Origin: Felis catus
Lineage: Eukaryota
NCBI RefSeq assembly: GCF_018350175.1
Contig: NC_058368.1
Span: 130,450,001 to 130,514,000 of the forward strand
DNA length: 64,000 bases
Direction of reading: 5' to 3'
Shown: positions 11,917-22,111 of the stretch, one piece after another
Layout of the letters: each line of letters starts with the position of its first letter
Numbering within the stretch: the stretch's first letter is position 1
Notes under the pieces: model-generated
The model's database searches: none
What the model was told of the DNA's origin: nothing
Seen by the model: the letters and a program-made list of their open reading frames with translations, nothing else
Program-made: the position numbers and the translations under genes

Positions 11917-12848
11917 TTTGGATAGTCCCTGGCGTGGTGAGGACCTGCAGGGCACTTCCCCTGTGCTGTGGTGTATAACTGGAGTTGGTGGGCGGGGCCG
12001 CAGTCCGACCTGATGTCTGCCCCCAGCCCACCACTGGGGCCACAGTCAGACTGGTGTGTGCCTTCTCTTCCCCTCTCCTAGGGGTGGGATTCACTGTGGG
12101 GTGGCGTGGCCCATCTGGGCTACTTGCACACTGCCAGGCTTGTGATGCTGGGGATCTGGCGTATTAGCTGGGGTGGGTAGGCAAGGTGCACAGGGGCAGG
12201 AGGGGCAGGCTTAGATCGTTTCTCCTTAGGTGATCCACTTCAGGAGGGGCCCTGTGGCAGCGGGAGGGAGTCAGATCCGCTGCCGGAGGTTTGGCTCCGC
12301 AGAAGCACAGAGTTGGGTGTTTGCGCGGAGCGAGCAAGTTCCCTGGCAGGAACTGGTTCTCTTTGGGATTTTGGCTGGGGGATGGGCGGGGGAGATGGCG
12401 CTGGCGAGCGCCTTTGTTCCCCACCAAACTGAGCTGTGTTGTCAGGGGGCTCAGCAGCTCTCCCTCCCTTTGTCCTCCAGCCTTCCCGCTTTCCGAGCAG
12501 AGCTGTTAACTTATGACCTCCCAGACGCTAAGTCGCGCTTGTTGTGGGAACACAGTCCGTCAGGCCCCTCCGCTTTTGCCAGCCAGACTCGGGGGCTCTG
12601 CTTGGCCGGCGAGCCGCCCCTCCGCCCCGGCTCCCTCCCGCCAGTCTGTGGAGCACGCACCGCCTCGCCGCCCTTCCTACCCTCTTCCGTGGGCCTCTCG
12701 TCTGCGTTTGGCTCCGGCGACTCCGTTCTGCTAATCCTCTGGCGGTTTTCTGGGTTATTTGGGCAGGTGTAGGTGGAATCTAAGTGATCAGTAGGACGCG
12801 TGGTGAGCCCAACATCCTCCTAAGCCGCCATCTTGCAAACCTCTTTGG
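11917..12848 (-). promoter_or_regulatory. L1 5'UTR internal promoter, CpG-rich, with YY1 site
   Basis: CAAGATGGCGG on the minus strand at 12825-12835; dense retained CpGs at ~12250-12830. Confidence 0.9.
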
Positions 12849-12863
12849 GGAAGTCTGCTTCTT

Positions 12864-13740
12864 AAAGCTTGAGTTGAAAATATGTTCCATCTGTTACTTC
12901 TGCCATGGCTTAAGCTCCCACCTTAGTAAGTGGCATGCCTATTTGCAATAGACGACCATCAAATCCTCCACGTCAGCATCTCTAGAAATACGGCTGCTAC
13001 TAGACCCTATAGAGTATGTAGACATTCCCAAGGCCCCCACCTTTATCCCTGTAGCGGCCTATAGAGAGAATGAGGTGAACTCCTGTTGATTACTGGTATA
13101 TAGATGGTTCTAGTCAGGACAACCCAATCACATGGACTGCAATTGTTAGTTCTACACTGATCCTATCTGGATAGAAAAGAAATGAAGTATGACAGACCAT
13201 GGGCTGAATGAACTAAGAGGTTTGACTGGTTGATTACTCATGGGCCCTGGCTGTTAAGCCTTTGCATTAACAGTTAGGTTATTTTATTTTACGTATTTAT
13301 TTTTTTTTTAATTTTTTTTAACATTTATTTATTATTGAGAGGAAGAGAGAGACCGAGCATGAGCATGGGAGGGGCAGACACAGAATCTGAAGCAGGCTCC
13401 AGGCCCTGAGCTGTAAGCACAGCATCTGACTCGGGGCTCAAACTCACAAACCGTGAGATCACAACCTGAGCCGAAGTCAGACACTTAACCAACTGAGCCA
13501 CCCAGGCGCCCCAGACTACTTAAAAGGGATTAACCCTATGGCTTGGACCATGGGAACCTAAGGGAAAAATAATTATGAATAAGCCCTTATTGGGTCAGGA
13601 TATGTAGTGAATTACTGGAAAATACCTGTAAGAGCCTGAAGCAAGTCCCACTATTATCTTCCCCTGGTTTGTGAGGTGCTGATGACCTCTGGCAAGAGGG
13701 AATCTGATGTCCTAAGTCAGATAGGAGCTCTAGCAACTGA
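12864..13740 (+). pseudogene. pol: ERV pol: tether and RNase H remnant
   Basis: tggtatatagatggttctagt = WYIDGSS (WYTDGS motif) at ~13094; interrupted by a SINE. Confidence 0.8.
13281..13512 (-). mobile_element. Can-SINE inside ERV RNase H
   Basis: Poly-T, cagaatctgaagcaggctcc...gagccacccaggcgcccc. Confidence 0.93.
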
Positions 13741-13771
13741 CTTTTCAGTACATACACATAGGAAGAAGAGC

Positions 13772-15310
13772 CACTGTAGCAGTCAGGTGCTGTTGGGTCC
13801 TGCCAAAGATGCCAACTGCTCTTGCAATACAGCAACTTCGTTAAAGTGATAAAGGTATGTCGTATGCTTTCAAAATAATGCCTAAAACAACTGCCAAATG
13901 AGTCTGGAGCCATCCACAGGAGTTCCCAACTGGTGAGCAATTGGAAAATAGATTATATTGCCCCTGCCCCCGAGTGGAGTTTCTAAATAAGCGTTGGTTT
14001 TTGTGGACACTGTTTAGACTAAAGCAAGCTTTCTCCTGTTGCTGTGAAAACCAGGTTGCATCCATTTGGGGACTGGAGAAGCTGAGTACTGTGGACATCC
14101 TTATGGAATAAAAGGTAGTTGGGAATCATATTTCATAGGTCACAGTGTAGAAAATTGGGCAAGAGAATATGACCTTGAATGGAGGTTCTATCTCCCCTCT
14201 AACTTGCAAGAGGTAGAGTTGGTAGAGAGGAAAAATGGCATATTAAAGCAGAGATTAAATTAGTAACAGGTAAAACCACCTTGGCTGTATGGACTAAAGT
14301 ACTCTCCTAGGCTTTAAAAAATTGGAAAGATCAACTGGTAGGGCCTGTTGCACCATCTTCCTGGCTGGGGATCCTTGCTGAGACATTCAATACTGTAAAT
14401 GTAGGGAAGTTGTGGGAGGCAGCCATTGCCCTGACTCTGACTGTGGATCAACATGCTGTGCTGCTGAGGATACCAGGCTCCGTCATGCCTGGGGAAGGTG
14501 TATTCTCCTGGGATGTGCAATAAATGTTCCATTGGGAGGGAAGAGTTATTTTGCACCCTTGGGTGAGGAGGAAGTAATTAAGCTCTGTTGGAATCCCATC
14601 GTTTCCTTGTAAGCTGAACCTGTTGAAACTGTTGATATTTGGAGTGGAACACACACCAATACAAGAAGATAGAAGCTCTGGTTTGGCATATTCCACCCCC
14701 AGTCCATCTCTTCCCACCTGACAGTCCTGGTTCCCCTGGTTGACGTGTATGGTATGCACAGCCTGGTCAAATTTATCAAAGAGCTGCAGCTGTGTTAATA
14801 TCTAAGGATCAGGCCATAAGTGTAATTCTTAGAGAAGGGCACGATCTTCCTGTACAAGTTCCTACTAAATACAGCTCTTCAACACTTAGACTTCTGAGAC
14901 TCTTGACATGCCTGGTCACAGGATGGGCCTGCTTGTATACCTGGGAAAGGAATCAATCCAACTGTTCAATATTTGGGCACCTGCCCTTTTCTAGCTTGGC
15001 AGGATTGCCATGGTGAGTATCACCACTCTAGAGGAGAGATTAGAAGGGCTTAAAGGAGTATATTAAGGAAGGGTAGCTAGTACTGCTACTCTTTTTTCAT
15101 CCGATTTTATTAACAGTGTATGTCATAGGCTAGGTTTCAGGATCACTACCAACACATGATTACTTTTTCTGTCCAATTACACAAGGCAGCCCCTCAAACT
15201 GGTGACTGAAAAGGCCTAAAAATACCACCATCAAAGCCTTAAATGTCAATGCTCAGATTTGGGGTGGGTTCATGTGGCTTGCCCTGGGTTATGGATATTT
15301 GAGCACTGGG
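13772..15310 (+). pseudogene. ERV integrase + 5' env remnant, duplication copy 1
   Basis: WKIDYIAP, VDT, WRFYLPSNLQEVELVERKNGILKQ (DDE core); env N-terminus NQSNCSIFGHLP at ~14950. Confidence 0.85.
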
Positions 15311-16877
15311 CACTGTAGCACCTGAATGGGATGGCATATTGCCAAGGATGCCAGATTGCCTTTGAAAATACAGTGACACATTCAAGTGCCATTGAAATAC
15401 AGAGTAATAGCATTTCTGGCATGTTCTAAACAATGCCTACGGTAACTACCAAAGGAGTTTGAGATAATCCACGGGAGTTCCCATCAGGTGAAAGATTGGC
15501 AAGTTGATTACATTGGCCCCTTTCCTCTGAGTGAGTGTTCTAGATATGTGTTAGTGTGTGTGGACCCTGTATCTGGACTAACCAAGCTCTCCCTAGTCCC
15601 CACCCAAACCGAGCTGCTGCCATTAAGGGATTAGAGAAGCTGAGTAACCTGTACAGATCCTCTTGTTGAATAGACAGTGATCAGGGGTCATCTTTCAAAG
15701 ATAGTGATCTGTAAGATTGGAGCAAAAGAACATGACGTTAAATGGAGGTTCTATTTCCCCTGTAATCTACAAGCAGTACGATTTGTAGAAAGGAAAAATG
15801 AAATAGTGAATCAGTAAACTAAATTACTAACTGATAAAACTGCCTTGGGTGGGTAAGCTGAAGTACTCTTTCAGGCTTTGGTACTTCTGAATGATCATCC
15901 AGTAAGACTTATTACCACATTTCCCAGACGTGGTACCACTGCCAAGACAACCAACACTGTAAAGGTATGGAAGTCACTGAGATAGCCATGCCTTGTCTCT
16001 CACTGTGGATCAGCTTGCTATGCTGCTGAGAACACCAAGCTCTATCTTGACTTGGAAGGGTGTTACCTATTGGAGTTTGCAATGGAGTTCCCACCATTTT
16101 GAGTGAGTTACTTAATCTGCTTTGAGATCTTGCCATCTTGTTATAAGCCAAATGTGTTGAAGCTCACTGTACTTGAAATGGAAAACATACCATTGAAAGT
16201 ATGGGAAAGGTGAAAACCTTGGTCTGGTATATACCAGTCCTAATCCATCTTTTCACAAGTAACTGAGCTGCTTTTCCTTGGCCATTGTGTAGGCAGAGCC
16301 AGGTCAGATTGCTAAAGCTGCAGCCATATTCTCATCTGGGAATCAAGCTACTAGTGTAATCCTTACACAAGGGGAAGAGACCTTCATATACAAGCTCCGA
16401 CTAAGTAGATCCTTCTGACTTTAGACTTCTGCTACTGTGGTCTCTGGTCATAGGATGGACACTTGAAGGAAATAGTTTTCCACAATGGGCCCATTTATTT
16501 GCCTGTGGAAGAAATCAATCCAGCTGTTAGGTGTGTGAGCCACTGCCCCACTCCAGCTCATGAAGATTGCTGTGGAGGTGATAGCACTCCAGGGAGGGGA
16601 CTGGAAGGCCATAAAGCAGTACATTAAAAACGGGCAAACTAGCACTAGTACTCTTAATTCATCTGATAATACTGATATTGATCCAGAAACCTAGCTTGTG
16701 GCACACATTATCAGTAACACTGGGCATAGATACTTTTTTCTGTCAAGCTACACAGGCAGCCCTTCAAATTTCTGTCTAGGAGGATCCCCAAACTACATAA
16801 TGACACGGATGACTATTGCTCAGATTTGGAAGGGGTCATGTTTCTCACCCCAGGTTATGGACTTTTGAGTATGTGGC
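15311..16877 (+). pseudogene. ERV integrase + 5' env remnant, duplication copy 2
   Basis: WQVDYIGPFPLSE, IDSDQG, WRFYFPCNLQAVRFVERKNEIV; colinear with copy 1 throughout. Confidence 0.87.
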
Positions 16878-17960
16878 CACCCCTATGTTGGGAACAGAAA
16901 AATTACTCTAAATAGAACCAACCCCACTGCACCAGGAATATGGGATGGGTATTGCTGGGATTGTGATCAGTCTTTAACATTAAAGGATAGCAACTCTTTT
17001 GGTACTGACTGATAGTGCTGCCCAGGTATTTACTGGGGAACCTCAAATGGAACACAATGGGTTATATGGCATAAATCTTTGGCCGTGGCTTCCACCTGGA
17101 TGGTTGGGCCACTGTACCCTGTGTTTTCCCTGAGCATAGGGGAGAATTCACTCCACCATAACAAAAATTGTGAACCTCTCTCTTACCAAGGCTGGATGAC
17201 TACATTCTGTTTTCCACTGTTAGGATTCTTTGGCTTCTGTTATTTGTCCCCTCCATTGGCCTGGAGGACACTGTAGTGTTCAAAGAAGCTCTTACTACAT
17301 GAACCTAACAAGCCTTAAATGATAGCAACCAAAGCTTATCTTTACAAAACACTGAAATGTCTTTAATGAGAAAATCTGTTCTCTAAAATAGGATGGCCTT
17401 GGATTTAACTGCTTCACAAGGAGGTAACTGTATCATTATCAAGACAAAAATACAGGTTCATACCTTTTGAATTTGCTAATCATTTTATTAAATCATATAA
17501 AGACACAAGTGAACACTGCAAATCATCTGACACCTCCTCCCCCTTTCCCAGGCTAAAGCACTTAATAAATACATGGTTTGGTCTCCTGGGTGGCTCAGTC
17601 GATTGAGCACTTGACTTTTGATTATGGTTCAAGCCATGATACCAGGGTTGTGGGATCAAGCCCCATGCTGGGCTCTGCCCTGGAAGTATGGAACCTGCTT
17701 GGGATTCTCTCTTACTCCCTCTGTCCTCCTCTCTGCTTGCATGTACATGCACTCTCTTTCTTTTAAAATCAACTTAAATAAAATAAATACATGGTTTGGA
17801 TCATGGGATTCTTGGTAGAAAATATTGTTACTTTATATTGGGAATCATTATCTTAATCTGTATTTTCTCTTGGAACTGCCTCTTTTGCTGCTGTGGTGTC
17901 TGCCTCCATTGCCACCAGATAGCCACCAAACAAGCCACCTCCATGCTAATAAAATGTCTT
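16420..17960 (+). pseudogene. env: ERV env remnant (gamma-type SU-TM)
   Basis: Signal-like LRLLLLWSLVIGW; NQSSC*VCEPLP (CWVC motif, 16525-16536); ALNDSNQSLSLQNTEMSLMRKSVL*NRMALD-LTASQGGNCIIIK (ISD at 17381); WFGSWDSW plus hydrophobic anchor and Cys-rich tail at ~17792-17915. Confidence 0.88.
17580..17781 (+). mobile_element. Can-SINE inside env TM
   Basis: cctgggtggctcagtcgattgagc...; 18-bp TSD aataaatacatggtttgg (17564-17581 / 17782-17799). Confidence 0.92.
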
Positions 17961-18024
17961 ACTAACTTCTGAGGATACACTGTGGAAGAAGAAGAGGGTA
18001 TGTGAGATTAGAAAAAAGGTAGCT

Positions 18025-18445
18025 TGTTGGGGGAGGTCATAGGACAAACTGCCAGTTGCCCTGTGAGGTGGGTGGGGAAATTGCAGACTCCTCACCTGCT
18101 CAACCCCTTCCTTGTCTATATTATGCCTGCTTTTCCCACAGTAGGAGCCAGTTTCAAGGATGCAGCCTTGAGAGAACAGCATGTTGATGAGACTCTCTTG
18201 ATGGTGTATGTGACTAAACCCAGTGAAGGCCTCTGTATGTGAACTTTGAAGCCTTTGGTGCTTGGGTGTGGAGATCCATTCATCTTGTGTCCACCCAAGC
18301 CAAGACTCATAGATAAGACCCCTTGCTTACTAATATTGCCACCTAGACACCTGGACTGGCCTGCCTCTTTGGTCGCTCCTTGCCTTCCATGCACAGGGGC
18401 CAATTTCAGATTTCACCTGGGAAATCCTGAGGGTGCGACCCAACA
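18025..18445 (+). repeat. 3' LTR of the provirus (421 bp)
   Basis: TGTTGG...CCAACA inverted termini; preceded by a purine-rich tract; homologous to 4010-4424. Confidence 0.88.
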
Positions 18446-18451
18446 ATTGTA

Positions 18452-18652
18452 TTTTTTTTTTAATTTTTAAAACCTTTTAATTATTTTTGAGAGAGAGCAA
18501 GAGCATGTGAGTGGGGAAGGTGCATAGAGAGAGGGGGACAGAGGATCTGAAGCAGGCTTTGTGCTGACAGCAAACAGCCCGGTTGTGGCTTGAACCCACA
18601 AACCATAAGATAATGACCTGGGCTGAAGCCAACTGAGCCACCCAGGCACCCC
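18452..18652 (-). mobile_element. Can-SINE at the LTR edge
   Basis: TSD aacaattgt (18442-18450 / 18654-18662) overlaps the last LTR bases. Confidence 0.92.
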
Positions 18653-18859
18653 TAACAATTGTGTCTTTATTATCTTTTAATTTGCTTTATCTTTAGCCAT
18701 TTTGCAATTTTCACTTCATTTTATTTGTATTTTGTCTGTTTTCTTATTTTTTTAAACAACCTTGGCAGAGGCCTATTTTATTTTCATTGTGATTTTTTTC
18801 TTCTTATACAGAGTATAACTTTAATCTGGTGGCCTCCCACAACTTTAATTACACAGAAT

Positions 18860-19300
18860 ACAACTTTAAAAAAATCAAAATTTGAGGGCATTCTTACTTA
18901 TGTTAATTTGCATGTTGTTGCATTGTGGTGACAGAAGATGGTTTTAAGGTTCTGTGCCATAATACTTGTTGAGATTTGCCTTCAGGTGTGGTGGGCAACT
19001 TTTACAGGTATTTCATATATGTTTATGGATAATGTGTATTTTCTCCTTGTTAGATGAGTGATCTTAATGTATGAACATTAGATCATGCTTTAAAACTGTG
19101 ATATTTAAATCTTTTAGATCTATTTTTTTCTGTTGGAATCTACTCTTCAGGAGTGCGTCAATCTCTTTCATTATAATTGTCGATTTGTCACCTATTTCTT
19201 GCATGCTATTAAGTTTTTATTAAAGGCTATGGTTTTTTCTTTGTCACTATGATTTATTAAGCTATTTATAAACTAGAGATTGTCAAATAATATTATTTTC
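18860..19300 (-). mobile_element. Old L1M fragment
   Basis: Antisense ORF2-like T-rich sequence (ataatgtgtattttctccttgttagatgagtg...). Confidence 0.5.
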
Positions 19301-19964
19301 TACAATGTGCCTGAATTTATCTGTCATTTTAAGGAATTTGTAGTCTGCAACTTCTTTGGAATTGACATTTTCCTGCTTCCAGCGAAGTGTTAGACTGACA
19401 GGAATCAGGTTGTCGATTTCCTGTTACGCTCAGCAATCATTCTTTAAATGATAATACCTTGACAATTCCGGATACCTCTGCTTTTCCTTTCTAGATGTTA
19501 CTTAGGGTCTCTATAAAAGTATGATATATTACTGCTACTTCTATCTAAACTTGGAATTTATTTCTACCTCAGTAGTATTTTTCCCCTGCTTAGGAACTTT
19601 GAGATTGGACCAGCATGCATTTATTTGTCAGTCATATTTGAGCCCATGGGACTGCATTGTGTGAGATAAAGTTATGCCCTTGTGTTATGACGATATTAAT
19701 GTCCCCTGTGATGCACTGTCAGCCCTTGTTTCTCACTGTTATTGTGATTCTTGCTCTACTTTTCACCATAGGATTGGCAGAGGCTGCCATAGCCCGCTGG
19801 GAGTATGATAAGAGGTTTCTGTTAGCACTCACCTTCCTTTTGTGGATAGGATGCTTTGTTGGTATTGGTTGCTTCTAATCTGTACCCCTTCTGTAGACCT
19901 AGATTCCTCATAATGTGACCCATGTATTTGCATAACCAAGTCAGGCCAGGGAGTCACATGGACC

Positions 19965-20540
19965 TTACTATATGGCCCTGCTACTTGGGCAGAAGATGGG
20001 ATCTGGGGCTACCACACTCGCATTTACATGCTAAACTACATAATCAGACTGCAAGCAGTTGTAGAAATTATAATCAGTGAAACTGCCAGAGTTCTTAACT
20101 TCATATCCAAGGAGCAAACCAAAATGTGCAATGCTAAGCTGTCAAAATCACTTGGCTTTATATTACTTGCTTGCTTCTGAGGGAGGAGTTTTTATAAAGT
20201 TTAACCTGAGCAACCACTGCCTACAGATAGATGATGAAGGAAAAGTCATAGAGGAGATCACAGGTTGATGAGAAAGGTTGCTCATGTCCTGTTCCATACC
20301 TGGAAAGGTTGGAACCCTGGAAAGTTACTAGAAGGATGTTTTGCAACTCTCAGGGGATTCAAAGCCTTCATAGGTATTATTCTCTTGATTTTGGGAGCTT
20401 GCTTAATCCTACTTTTCCTAGCTCCCCAGGTTATATGGTCGTCATCAGCCTCATTGAGGCAGTGATCTAAAGGAAAACAGCCATGTATGTGATGATGTTA
20501 TGGAAATATAAGCCTCTAACCCAAGATGATTCTCTTTGAC
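19965..20540 (+). pseudogene. env: ERV3/HERV-E-type (class I) env TM remnant
   Basis: [74 protein letters not shown]; hydrophobic anchor IGIILLILGACLIL. Confidence 0.9.
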
Positions 20541-20576
20541 CCAAAAATAGTGGGCTCTAAGCATCAAAGGGGGAAA

Positions 20577-20859
20577 TGTGGTGGAGGTCTCCTCAGAACA
20601 ATGTACAATGTGGCCCCATCAACTCCTACACACATATGCATAGCTCTGACATGACTCCTGGAATGTGTCCAATCAGACTATATGTGTCACCATCTATAGT
20701 AGACAAAGAAGTAGAAATTGCTTAAAAGACTACACCCTGCTGCACTTGGGACTCAGTTTTTCGGGTATGAACCCATTGAGCAAGCACGATGAATAAAGTT
20801 GCATCCCGGACAAAGAAAGCCTTGGTGTCCCCATCTTTCTGTGCAAGAATCCTGCTACA
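20577..20859 (+). repeat. 3' LTR of the ERV3/HERV-E-type element
   Basis: Follows PPT aaagggggaaa (20566-20576); TG...CA ends; AATAAA at 20792-20797. Confidence 0.8.
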
Positions 20860-21052
20860 GTAATATTGAGAACATATATACTTTTTGTCCTTTTTTAAAA
20901 TTATTACTATTATTGTTATTATATATTATTATTATATACTTTTTGTCCTTTTTTAAAATTGTTAATAGGTCAGAAAAAAAACATTTGGAGATTTTTATGT
21001 TGGTAGGAAGTAAAAAAGTTGGTTACTCTTTATGTAATAAAAGAGCTTTTTT

Positions 21053-21280
21053 TTTTTTTTAAACTTTTTTTTTTTTAACGTTTATTCATTTTTGAGAGAC
21101 AGAGAGAGACAGAGTATGAGCAGGGAAGGGGCAGAGAGAGAGGGAGACACAGAATCTGAAGCAGGCTCCAGGCTCTGAGCTGTCAGCACAGAGCCCGACG
21201 CGGGGCTCGAACTCATGGACCATGAGATCGTGACCTGGCTGAAGTCGGATGCTTAACCGACTGCGCCACCCAGGCGCCCC
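21053..21280 (-). mobile_element. Young SINEC_Fc-like SINE
   Basis: CpG-rich body; TSD taaaagagctttttt (21038-21052 / 21281-21295). Confidence 0.95.
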
Positions 21281-21639
21281 TAAAAGAGCTTTTTTGAAGG
21301 GATAATAGACTAGACCAATTATTGAATATCTGTTATGTGGTAGACATGGTGATATATGTAAGGTCAAATGCAGTAAAAAATCAGAGGCTTAATTCTCTCT
21401 GGTGAAAATAAGAGAAACTTCTTTCTCCTTAATCTTAAAGCATTTAGAACACCTACACGTTCTCTTATATTTGGAAGTAGTTTCTCTGTCTCTGAAATGT
21501 ATGTAAATGTATGTGAGTCTTTTAAAACGCTCAGTAAGGCTCTTGATCACTTTAAGACCCAGGAGTGTCTGGGAGTCATTTTTGTAACATGTTGTCATCT
21601 AGGAATATGGTGCCCGTATTTCATAGTCTCCTTGAGAGG

Positions 21640-22035
21640 GTCAGAGGCTAACTTCAGTGGATGCACTGCTCCAAGTTGCAATACTACTTCCTGTCATAGA
21701 GATCTGACAAGTTTATTTTTCCATTGGATAAAGCTAATTGGCAACCTCATATGGCCACCCCAACTACCAGGTGAATTTAGGATGACCTCTGCATGACAAA
21801 TGGTGCTGTAAAGGACCAGTTATTGTTCATCTTGAGAACATGTGTGTAATGGGTTGTATCTGCATAGCTATGTAAAAGGGTAAGATTTCCTGTTATCTCT
21901 GCTATTTCTTAGCAGACTGACTCTGCGGAGCATTCTGGCTGGATGTTGTATTCGTTAAAACCTTTCTTTCAACATTTGTGAGGAGTTTTCTGGGTTGGAA
22001 AGAGATTTTGTTTTTGATTATATATTTTCCATTAT
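21640..22035 (+). mobile_element. ERV1 solo LTR, MER34-like
   Basis: ccaactaccaggtgaatttaggatga... and 3' end ttttctgggttggaaagagattttgtttttgattatat; 5' boundary approximate. Confidence 0.6.
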
Positions 22036-22056
22036 GCGTCGGCTATATTTACATGT

Positions 22057-22057
<1 letters not shown>

Positions 22058-22107
<50 letters not shown>
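22058..22107. repeat. (TA)n microsatellite
   Basis: About 25 perfect TA units. Confidence 0.97.

Positions 22108-22111
<4 letters not shown>

Larger units (their letters stand above)
6912..12848 (-). mobile_element. Full-length young felid LINE-1 (~5.94 kb)
   Basis: 5'UTR with YY1 site, ORF1, ORF2, 3'UTR, polyA signal and tail; 15-bp TSD GGAAGTCTGCTTCTT at 6897-6911 and 12849-12863; endonuclease site TCTT/AA. Confidence 0.98.
4010..18445 (+). mobile_element. Degenerate class III (HERV-S/ERV-L-like) endogenous retrovirus with env, two LTRs
   Basis: Homologous LTRs at both ends, PBS, and ordered gag-pro-RT-RNaseH-IN-env remnants; interrupted by a full-length L1 and two SINEs. Confidence 0.88.

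Noticed and set aside
14400..14800. Possible dUTPase after integrase, as in ERV-L
   Set aside because: I could not identify dUTPase motifs in either duplicated copy
19657..19878. 73-aa ORF with two hydrophobic segments
   Set aside because: Non-ATG track start, no recognisable family, and T-rich DNA readily encodes hydrophobic runs
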